From contig NC_007494.2 of NCBI RefSeq assembly GCF_000012905.2, positions 540,001 to 572,000 of the forward strand: a stretch of DNA of 32,000 nucleotides. The letters are read 5' to 3'. A program made the position numbers and the translations under genes. The stretch comes from Cereibacter sphaeroides 2.4.1. GTDB taxonomy: Bacteria; Pseudomonadota; Alphaproteobacteria; Rhodobacterales; Rhodobacteraceae. This document shows, one piece after another, positions 16,740 through 24,432 of the stretch; within the stretch, counting starts at the first letter, position 1; the number at the start of each line of letters is the position of its first letter. The notes beneath the pieces were generated by a model that was not told the DNA's origin, did not search any database, and saw only the letters and a program-made list of their open reading frames with translations.

Positions 16740-18101
16740 ATGACGCGGGAGGACGATCCGTTCGGTCTGGCGACCGATGCCGCCCGCACCCGGATCAGGC
16801 CTTCTCCCGCCGAACGGGCGCGCCGGGCCGCGGCCGGGCCTGCTCCGGCCGAGGTGGGCGCTGTGGCCCCGGTCCGCCCGGCCCACGGAAGGACCCATGC
16901 CAATCCGCTTGTCGCGAGCTTCGCTCTCCTCCTCGAACTCGCGCCCGCGCTGGAAGGCACCGCCCCGCCGCAGGAGCCGGGGATGCTGCGTGCGCGGCTC
17001 CGCGACGGCCTGACCGAAGCCCGCGACCGGAGCGTGGCGCAGGGCGTGCCGCTGGCGCGCGCCGACCGCGCCGCCTGGTTCGTGGCGGCGCTCCTCGACG
17101 ATCTGGCCCTGAACACGCCCTGGGGTGCGGCCAGCGGATGGCCGCGCCAGCCGCTCGTGACCGAGCTGTCGGGCGAGGTCGATGCGGGCACCCGCTTCTT
17201 CGACCGGCTCGAAGAGCTCGCGCGCCATCCGACGCTCGACCCGCAGCTGCTGGAGCTGGCCTGGCTCTGCCTGTCGCTCGGCTTTCGCGGCAAGCACCGG
17301 ACGGGGCGGGAGGGCGGCGAGAGCGCGCTCTTCGCGCTCCGCACCGGCGTAGCGCGCCTTCTGCGCAATCCGGAGGCTGCGGCCGCGCCGCTCTCGCCGC
17401 ACTGGGAGGGGGTCGCCGCTCCCGACGCGCCGCGCCGCTTCGCGGTGCCGGTCTGGACGGTGGGCCTTGCGGCGCTTGCGCTGATGGCCGCCCTTTACAC
17501 GGGCCTCTCGCTGCAACTGTCGGCGCGGGCCGAGAAGCTCTTCGATCTGGCGGCCCTCGTGCCGCCGGCCGAGCGCGCGGCCCTGTTCCGCCCCCCGCGC
17601 GAAACGGTCGCGCCGCCCCCCGAAATCCGGGTAGAGCCGGTGGTGATCGAGCTCCTGCCCGCCTTCCGCGCCTGCGCCCCCGCCGCCACCGCGGCCGCCC
17701 TTCAGGGCCGCGAGGATGCGCAGCTCACCATCCTGACGCTTCAGGGCACCGACCCCGAGCTGTTCCGCTCGGCCCGCGCCGAGGTGAACGCGGATTATGC
17801 GCCGCTGGTGGCCTCGGTCGCGGCCGTCCTCGCGGAGAACCGCGAGCTGGTGGGGGCGGTCCGTGTGATCGGCCACACGGACAATGTGCCGGTCCAGCGC
17901 AGCAATCCCTTCGCCTCGAACCAGGGCCTGTCCGAGGCCCGCGCCGCCACCCTCGCGGCCCTCCTCGTCGAGGGCGGCGTGCCCGCGGGGATCGTCACCG
18001 CCGAGGGCCATGCCGACAGCGAGCCCGTCGCCGACAATGCCACGCGCGCGGGCCGGGCGCAGAACCGCCGCGTCGAGATCCGCATCGAGAAGAGGCTCTA
18101 A
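16740..18101 (+). CDS. tssL: T6SS inner-membrane protein TssL (DotU/ImpK) with a C-terminal OmpA/MotB peptidoglycan-binding domain
   Basis: MTREDDPFGL...RTRIRPSP start typical of TssL. DotU core (..LELAWLCLSLGFRGKHR), one TM helix (VWTVGLAALALMAALYTGL), and an OmpA-like end (VIGHTDNVP...NQGLSEARA...NRRVEIRI). An alternative ATG at 16701 would add 13 aa. Confidence 0.9.
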   Translation: MTREDDPFGLATDAARTRIRPSPAERARRAAAGPAPAEVGAVAPVRPAHGRTHANPLVASFALLLELAPALEGTAPPQEPGMLRARLRDGLTEARDRSVAQGVPLARADRAAWFVAALLDDLALNTPWGAASGWPRQPLVTELSGEVDAGTRFFDRLEELARHPTLDPQLLELAWLCLSLGFRGKHRTGREGGESALFALRTGVARLLRNPEAAAAPLSPHWEGVAAPDAPRRFAVPVWTVGLAALALMAALYTGLSLQLSARAEKLFDLAALVPPAERAALFRPPRETVAPPPEIRVEPVVIELLPAFRACAPAATAAALQGREDAQLTILTLQGTDPELFRSARAEVNADYAPLVASVAAVLAENRELVGAVRVIGHTDNVPVQRSNPFASNQGLSEARAATLAALLVEGGVPAGIVTAEGHADSEPVADNATRAGRAQNRRVEIRIEKRL

Positions 18102-21100
18102 TGCGCGCGCTCCGCCTCCTCCTCGCCGCCCTGACCTCGCGGACGCTCTGGACCTTCCTCGGGCTCGCGCTCCTCTGCGGGCTGGTCTGGCAGTTCGGCG
18201 CGCTGGTCTCGGTGGGCGAGACGGTGCCGCTCGCCTCCGACCTCGCGCGCGGGCTGGTCGTGGGCTGCATCGCGGTGGGCTGGCTTCTGTCGCTGCTGGC
18301 AGCCCAGCTGCGGGCGGCGCGCAGGAACCAGCTCTTCGTGACCGAGCTTGCGGCGCCCGCGCCCGCCGCCCCCGATCCCGGCGCGGCGGCCGTGGCCGAG
18401 GTCGGGGCGCGGTTCCGGCAGGTGATGGCCGAGATGAAACGCTCGCGCGTGGGCGGGCGGCGCTTTCTGCGCGACATGCCGTGGTATCTGCTGATCGGCC
18501 CGCCCGGCACCGGCAAGACCACGGCCCTGCGCCAGTCGGGGCTGCATTTCCCGATCGATCCCGGCGACGACCTGCAAGGCGTGGGCGGCACGCGGAACTG
18601 CGACTGGTTCTTCACCGAACAGGCCGTGCTGGTGGACACCGCCGGGCGCTACGTCCAGCAGCAGAGCGATCCCGAGGCCGATGCGGCGGAATGGTCGGGT
18701 TTTCTGGACCTTCTGAAGCGCCACCGCGGGCGGCGGGCGCTGAACGGCGTGATCGTGGCCCTGTCGATGACCGAGCTCCTTGGGCCCGAGCCTGCGCTGC
18801 GCGCTCATGGCCGCGAGATCCGCAAGCGGCTGAGCGAGCTCGGCCAGAGGCTCCAGATCCGCCTGCCGGTCTATCTGATGGTGACGAAGGCCGACCTCGT
18901 GCCGGGCTTCGAGACCTTCTTCGCGCCCCTGCCCGCGCGCGGGCGCGAGCAGGTCTGGGGGGCGACGCTCGCGCCCGACGAACGTCCCGAGGGCGGGGCG
19001 GTCGACCGCGAGGCCCGGGCGCTCTGGCAGGAACTCGAGGCCCGCGTCGGGCCGCGGCTGGCCGAGGAGGCCACGCTGGCCGACCGGGCCGAGATCTTCC
19101 GCTTCCCCGCGCGGATGGCCGAAGTCGAGGCGCCGCTGCGGGTGCTGATCGCCACCCTCTTCGGCGAGAGCCGCTACGAGGACAGCCCCTGGCTCCGCGG
19201 CTTCTACTTCACCTCGGCCACGCAGGAGGGCTCGCCCATCGACCGGATGCTCGGGGATCTGGCGGGCGCCTTCGGCCTCAGCGCGCCCGCGCCTCCCCGC
19301 CGGGCGCGGGGCGAGACACGCTCCTATTTCCTGCACGATCTTCTGGCGAAGGTGATCTTCCCGGAAGCCGGGCTCGGTCGCCTCGACCGGGCGGCGGAGG
19401 AGCGGCGCCGCTGGCTCTGGCGCGGCTCGGTGGCGGGCGCGGCGCTCGCCACGGCGGTGGCGGGGCTGGGGTTCCTTCTCTCGTTCCTCGGCTGGTCGGG
19501 CGCCATCGAGGATCAGGCGCGGCTGACCGCGGATCTCTCCGCCCGGCTGGCCAATGTGGCCGCGCGGCAGGCGCCGACCGAGCCGCTGGACCTTCCCCTC
19601 GCGCTGGAAGCCGCGACTGCCGCGGACGCCGCGCGCACGGAGCCGCCCTCGGGCCCCTTCGCCCTCATCGGCCCCTCGGCTGCGGCCGAGATCGAGCGGG
19701 CGGGCACCATCGCCTACGAGCGCACGCTGGCCAATGTGCTTGCGCCGCGGATGGTGGCGCTGCTCGAGGCCTCGATGTGGCGGCAGGTGCGCGATCCCGA
19801 CGACATGCTGGGCGCGCTCAAGGCCTATTTCATGCTCACCGGCCTCGCGCCCTACGACCGCGACTTCCTGACCGGCTGGCGGCAGGAGCAGCTGCCGCAG
19901 CAGGCGGTGCTCGACCCGTTCCCGACCGAGGCGGCCCGCTGGCACCAGCTGGCCGCGCTTTCCCTTTTCGGCACGCAGGGCGACCCCATCCCGCCCGACG
20001 AGGAGCTGGTGGCGGCGGCGCTGGCCAGCATCTGCACCATCCCCCTCGCGGCCCGCGCCTATGGCGCGCTGATGCAGGATCCCGCGGTCACGGGCCTGCC
20101 CGACTGGATCCCGGGCGACCGCGCCGGGCCGAACGGCGCGAGGATCTTCACCCGCCTCTCTGGCAAGACGCTGCGGGTGGGGCTGCCCGGCGCCTTCACC
20201 TTTGCGGGCTTTCACGAGACGATCCTGCCGCTCGTGCCCGAGGTGGCCGCGCAGGCCACGCTCGACCGGACCCTCTTTGCGGGCGGCTGCGGCGGCAGCG
20301 CCGGGGCCTCGGCCGCCACGCTCGAGGCGGACATCCTGAAGCTCTATTCCGACGATTTCATCGCGCGCTGGGATGGGCTTCTGCGCGACATCCGGCTGGC
20401 GCCGCTGACGGACTTCGCCACCGCCACTGCGGCGATGAAGGATCTGGCGAGCCCCGACAGTGCGCTGAAGCGGCTGCTCGCTGCGGTCGTGGCCGAGACC
20501 GACCTCACGCGCGTTCCCGCCCCAGATGCGGCGCCGCCCGAGGGTCTCCTCAAGGCCGCCGGCAAGAAGCTCGGGAAGGTGGGCAAGCTCGTGAAGGGGG
20601 CCGCGGCGCTGTCGGCGGGCTCCGCTCCGCCCACGGAGCCGCCGGGGCAGGCGGTGGCGCGCCATTTCGAGCCGCTGAAGGGGATGATCGCCGAGGTGGA
20701 GGGGGTGCCGCCGCGGATCGGGGATGCCGAACTCGCGCTCGGCGCGCTGGCCAATGCGCTTCAGACCGCGGCGGCCAATCCCGATCCGCAGGCGGCGCTG
20801 ACCGCGCAGGGGGGGCTTGCCACGCTGACCGGCGGGCTGACCGAGGTCGCCGCCCGCCTGCCGCCCCCCATCGGCGCCTGGCTCGAGGGGCTGGCCACGG
20901 ACACGGCCAGCGTGACGCGCGAGGCGGCGATCGCTCGGCTGAACGCGCGCTACCGGGCCGACATCCTGCCCTTCTGCCGCGCCGCCACCGCGGGCCGTTA
21001 TCCGTTCGAGCCGGGCTCGGCCATCGATGTGAACACAGCCGATTTCCAGCGCCTCTTCGGGCCCGGCGGCCTCTTCGACGGCTTCACGGGCGACGCGCTC

Positions 21101-21622
21101 GGGCCCTGGATCGATACGACGCGGCACCCTTGGGCCTGGCGCGCCGATCTGGGGCTCGATGCCCGGAGCCTCGCGCCCTTCGAGGCCGCCCGGCGGATGC
21201 GCGACGGTCTCTTCGCCGGAGGCATCGGCCCGGTGATGGGCTTCCTGCTTCAGGCGACGGACCTGTCGCCCAATGCCGCCCGGGTGACGCTGAGCCTCGA
21301 CGGCCAGCAGCTTGTCTACATGAATGCGGCCACGCCCCCCGTGGGCATGACCTGGCCCGGCCAGAACGGAACGAACCTCATCGTGCTCTCCTTCACGCCG
21401 CTCGACGGGTCGGCCGAGGCGGTGACCTCGGAATCCGGCGCCTGGGCCTGGCTCCGGCTGATCGGCAAGGGCAGCCTCGCGCCCACCGCGCAGCCCGACC
21501 TGTTCCGGCTGCGCCTTGCCGCCGGAGCCTATGCCGCGCGCTTCGATCTCCGGGCGAATTCGGTGGAGAACCCGCTCGACCTCAGGCTCTTCGGCGGGTT
21601 CCGCTGCCCGGATGGCTTCTGA
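18101..21622 (+). CDS. tssM: T6SS inner-membrane protein TssM (IcmF/ImpL), 1173 aa
   Basis: Two N-terminal TM helices, P-loop GPPGTGKT and VLVDTAGR, a third TM helix, then a large periplasmic IcmF-type domain. ATG 18101 shares one nucleotide with the tssL TAA. Confidence 0.95.
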   Translation: MRALRLLLAALTSRTLWTFLGLALLCGLVWQFGALVSVGETVPLASDLARGLVVGCIAVGWLLSLLAAQLRAARRNQLFVTELAAPAPAAPDPGAAAVAEVGARFRQVMAEMKRSRVGGRRFLRDMPWYLLIGPPGTGKTTALRQSGLHFPIDPGDDLQGVGGTRNCDWFFTEQAVLVDTAGRYVQQQSDPEADAAEWSGFLDLLKRHRGRRALNGVIVALSMTELLGPEPALRAHGREIRKRLSELGQRLQIRLPVYLMVTKADLVPGFETFFAPLPARGREQVWGATLAPDERPEGGAVDREARALWQELEARVGPRLAEEATLADRAEIFRFPARMAEVEAPLRVLIATLFGESRYEDSPWLRGFYFTSATQEGSPIDRMLGDLAGAFGLSAPAPPRRARGETRSYFLHDLLAKVIFPEAGLGRLDRAAEERRRWLWRGSVAGAALATAVAGLGFLLSFLGWSGAIEDQARLTADLSARLANVAARQAPTEPLDLPLALEAATAADAARTEPPSGPFALIGPSAAAEIERAGTIAYERTLANVLAPRMVALLEASMWRQVRDPDDMLGALKAYFMLTGLAPYDRDFLTGWRQEQLPQQAVLDPFPTEAARWHQLAALSLFGTQGDPIPPDEELVAAALASICTIPLAARAYGALMQDPAVTGLPDWIPGDRAGPNGARIFTRLSGKTLRVGLPGAFTFAGFHETILPLVPEVAAQATLDRTLFAGGCGGSAGASAATLEADILKLYSDDFIARWDGLLRDIRLAPLTDFATATAAMKDLASPDSALKRLLAAVVAETDLTRVPAPDAAPPEGLLKAAGKKLGKVGKLVKGAAALSAGSAPPTEPPGQAVARHFEPLKGMIAEVEGVPPRIGDAELALGALANALQTAAANPDPQAALTAQGGLATLTGGLTEVAARLPPPIGAWLEGLATDTASVTREAAIARLNARYRADILPFCRAATAGRYPFEPGSAIDVNTADFQRLFGPGGLFDGFTGDALGPWIDTTRHPWAWRADLGLDARSLAPFEAARRMRDGLFAGGIGPVMGFLLQATDLSPNAARVTLSLDGQQLVYMNAATPPVGMTWPGQNGTNLIVLSFTPLDGSAEAVTSESGAWAWLRLIGKGSLAPTAQPDLFRLRLAAGAYAARFDLRANSVENPLDLRLFGGFRCPDGF

Positions 21623-21629
21623 GCGCGCC

Positions 21630-22103
21630 ATGGCCGGGTTCTTCGGCAAGCTGCCGTCCACCGGCGATTTCGTGACGCGCGGCCTCTCGCCCGCCTTCCG
21701 CGCGGCCTGGGACGGCTGGATCACGCGCCATGTCGCGGGCCGGCTCGGCGCGGGTCCCGAGGGCGGGCTGCGGGTGCGGCTCCGCTCCGGCGGGCGGGTC
21801 GCGGGGGGCGTGGTGCTGCCCGGCCGCGACCGGATCGGCCGGAGCTTCCCGCTCTCGCTCCTTCTGGTGGCGGACGGGCTGCCCGGACCGGACGGCCTCG
21901 ATCCGTGGTGCGAGGCGGCCCGGGCGGCGGCCGCCGTCCACCCGGAGCCGGACGCGCTCTGGCAGGCGCTGAGCGATATTCCTGTCCCGGAAGGCGACGC
22001 CGCAGCGGCCGCGCCGCTCCTTCTCTGGACGGGTAAGGCCAGCGCCGCCTGCGATCCCCGCGACCCGGCGGAGGCCCTCGGGAGGCTCCTCGGAACCGGC
22101 TGA
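21630..22103 (+). CDS. tagF: T6SS-associated protein TagF (ImpM)
   Basis: MAGFFGKLPSTGDFVTRGL is the TagF signature. The ORF-track start at 21516 lies inside tssM, so ATG 21630 is preferred. Confidence 0.9.
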   Translation: MAGFFGKLPSTGDFVTRGLSPAFRAAWDGWITRHVAGRLGAGPEGGLRVRLRSGGRVAGGVVLPGRDRIGRSFPLSLLLVADGLPGPDGLDPWCEAARAAAAVHPEPDALWQALSDIPVPEGDAAAAAPLLLWTGKASAACDPRDPAEALGRLLGTG

Positions 22104-22112
22104 CCGGCACCG

Positions 22113-24416
22113 TCAGTTCAGGTTGATCTTCGAGCCCTTGCCGGTGATCTCGCCGCCGGCCTTGAGGTTGATCTTGCCCGAGGCGTCCAGCGTGATGTCC
22201 TTGCCCTTGAGGACGATGGTGCCGTCCTTCTTCAGCGTGATCTCGGCCGAGCCGCATTTCAGGGTGATCTCGTCCTTGACGTCGAGCGTGTAGCTCTTGC
22301 CCACGCCGATGCCCATGGCGCCGTCGGCCTTCTGCAGGTCGTCCTTGGCCACCTGCGTGGCGCGGGAGCCGCCGACGGTGGTCACCTGATCCGAGCCGGT
22401 GCTGACCGTCTGTTTCGCCCCCACCGTCACCGACTGGTCCGCGCCGACCGAGACGGTCTGCGACCCGCCCACGGTCCAGCCGTCGTCGGCGCCCACCGAA
22501 TGGGTCTGACCCGCGCCTACCGAGACGCTGCGGCTTGCGGCGATGGTGTTGGTCTGGACCGCGCCGACCGAGCGTGTCTCGGCCCCGCCGACACTGTCGG
22601 TGCGCGCCGCCCCGACCGTCACCGTCTGGGCGATGCCGACCGTCTGGGTGTGGTTCATGCCGATGGTCTCGGTCGCATTCCGCGCCACCGCGATCGTCTC
22701 GTCCGCGCCGACCCGCAGCGCGCGGTTCGCGCCCACGCTCTCGCTGTCGTCGACGCCGATCGAGACGGTGCGGTTCCGGCCCACGCTCGTGTCCTTGTCG
22801 TTGCCCACGCTCTCCCTGCGGTCGTGCGCCACGGACTGCACGGCGTCATGGCCCACATCCTCGGCGAAATCATGGCCGATGGTGCGGCTCTCGTCGTTCT
22901 TGATGAGCTCGGTATGGTCCTTCTGCGCCTGGAAATAGACCTCCTCCGCACCCGCCTTGTCCTCGAAGCGCAGCTCGTTCCAGCCGCCGCCTCCGGGCGA
23001 GGAGTGCGACTTCCAGCCCGACTGGGTGGCCTGGCCCGGCAGGCCGTAGGGCGGCATCTGCTCGGCATTGTAGACCCGGCCCGTGACGATGGGGCGGTCG
23101 GGATCGCCCTCGATGAAATCGACGATGACCTCCTGCCCGATCCGGGGGATCTGGATAAACCCCCAGCCGGCCCCGGCCCAGGTCTGGCTCACGCGGACGA
23201 AGCAGGAGGAGGCCTCGTTGCGGGCGTCGAGCCGGTCCCAGAAGAAATGCACCTTCACCCGCGCATATCTGTCGGTGAAGATCTCCGCGCCCGCGGGCCC
23301 GACCACGAGGGCGGTCTGCGGCCCCTTCATCACCGGGCGCGGGGTGCGCCGCTCGGGCCGGTAGGGGACGCGGGCGGGGACGAGCGACAGATCCACCTCG
23401 TAGCCCACCTCGGCGCGCGACTGACCCGAGCGGAACTGATCGTCCCAGAGCCGGTAGCGGCAGGCGGTGACGAGATAGTCGTCGTTCTCCGCCTCGCGCG
23501 GGAAGAGATCGAGCCGGAAGATCCGGCCCGGCCAGAGCGGCCGCGCGGTGCCGCGGGCCTCGATGCGCACCTGCGGCGCCTGCGCCTCCTCCAGCCGGAG
23601 CCGGGACAGCCGGTCGCCCGCGGGGAGGGTGCGGTAATCCCCGGGCCAGCGATAGTGCTCGGCACCGTCGGCCGCATGGCCGAGCGGATTTTCGGCGCGG
23701 CTCGTCAGGTCCGACGAGGGCTTCTCGAAATCGTAGTCGCCCTGCGAGACCTTTCCCGGCCGGATATGCGCCCGGGGCAGCCAGGCGGTGATGAAGTCGC
23801 CGTCGCGGAAGCTCACCCGGCTGTCGGGCTCGTAGGGCAGGATCTCGGCCCCCGGCGCGGGCGCGAGCCGGGCATTCGTGTCGAAGAGGACGAGCCTGTG
23901 GCCCTCTGCCTCATGCTCGAAGAAATAGCCGATCCCCTCATGCTCCATCAGCCGCTGCACGAAATCGAGATCGGTTTCGCCATACTGCACGCAGTAGTCG
24001 CGCGGCGGATAGCTGGCCTGCAGCCTGAAATCCCAGTCGAGGCCGGGGATCTCCCCCAGGACGGCCTCGAGGATCTCGGGCACCGAGCGGTCCTGGAAGA
24101 TCCGGTTGTCGCGCCGCAGGCCGAGGAGCGCCATGGAGGGCTCCATCGTCAGCCGGTAATGGGCATGGTCGTCGCGGATCTCGTCCAGCCCGAAGGCGGT
24201 GGCAATGCCGTGGAAATGGCGCGGCACCTCGCCCCGCACCGTCACCAGCACCGGCGTGCCGAGGATGTCGGCCGCGCCGAGATCGAGCGACTTGCTGGCG
24301 AGGAGCAGCTCGTAGCGGAACGGGCGCCCCAGCCCGTCCTCGCCCTCGAGCGCCGAGAACCACAGATCCTCGGTCGCGGCGGGAAGGGACAGGGTGATTT
24401 CGCGGGCCTCGGACAT
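22113..24416 (-). CDS. vgrG: T6SS spike protein VgrG (TssI), 767 aa, no obvious C-terminal effector extension
   Basis: gp27-like N-terminus (MSEAREITLSL..LEGEDGLGRPFRYELLL), gp5 OB-fold region, a long Val-Gly repeat beta-helix (about 22338-22850), and a C-terminal ..ITLKCGSAEITLKKDGTIVLKG..KINLN. ATG 24416 preceded by GAAGGGA. The upstream part of the 875-aa ORF is rejected. Confidence 0.95.
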   Translation of the reverse strand: MSEAREITLSLPAATEDLWFSALEGEDGLGRPFRYELLLASKSLDLGAADILGTPVLVTVRGEVPRHFHGIATAFGLDEIRDDHAHYRLTMEPSMALLGLRRDNRIFQDRSVPEILEAVLGEIPGLDWDFRLQASYPPRDYCVQYGETDLDFVQRLMEHEGIGYFFEHEAEGHRLVLFDTNARLAPAPGAEILPYEPDSRVSFRDGDFITAWLPRAHIRPGKVSQGDYDFEKPSSDLTSRAENPLGHAADGAEHYRWPGDYRTLPAGDRLSRLRLEEAQAPQVRIEARGTARPLWPGRIFRLDLFPREAENDDYLVTACRYRLWDDQFRSGQSRAEVGYEVDLSLVPARVPYRPERRTPRPVMKGPQTALVVGPAGAEIFTDRYARVKVHFFWDRLDARNEASSCFVRVSQTWAGAGWGFIQIPRIGQEVIVDFIEGDPDRPIVTGRVYNAEQMPPYGLPGQATQSGWKSHSSPGGGGWNELRFEDKAGAEEVYFQAQKDHTELIKNDESRTIGHDFAEDVGHDAVQSVAHDRRESVGNDKDTSVGRNRTVSIGVDDSESVGANRALRVGADETIAVARNATETIGMNHTQTVGIAQTVTVGAARTDSVGGAETRSVGAVQTNTIAASRSVSVGAGQTHSVGADDGWTVGGSQTVSVGADQSVTVGAKQTVSTGSDQVTTVGGSRATQVAKDDLQKADGAMGIGVGKSYTLDVKDEITLKCGSAEITLKKDGTIVLKGKDITLDASGKINLKAGGEITGKGSKINLN

Positions 24417-24432
24417 GGGCTTTCCCTTCGTT

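Noticed and set aside
22338-22850. Periodic nucleotide and peptide repeats (..SVG..TVG..) that could look like a tandem repeat or an array.
   Set aside because: They are the Val-Gly repeats of the VgrG gp5-like beta-helix, lying in frame within an intact CDS. This is not a CRISPR array or satellite; there are no spacer-like unique units and no repeat identity at array level.
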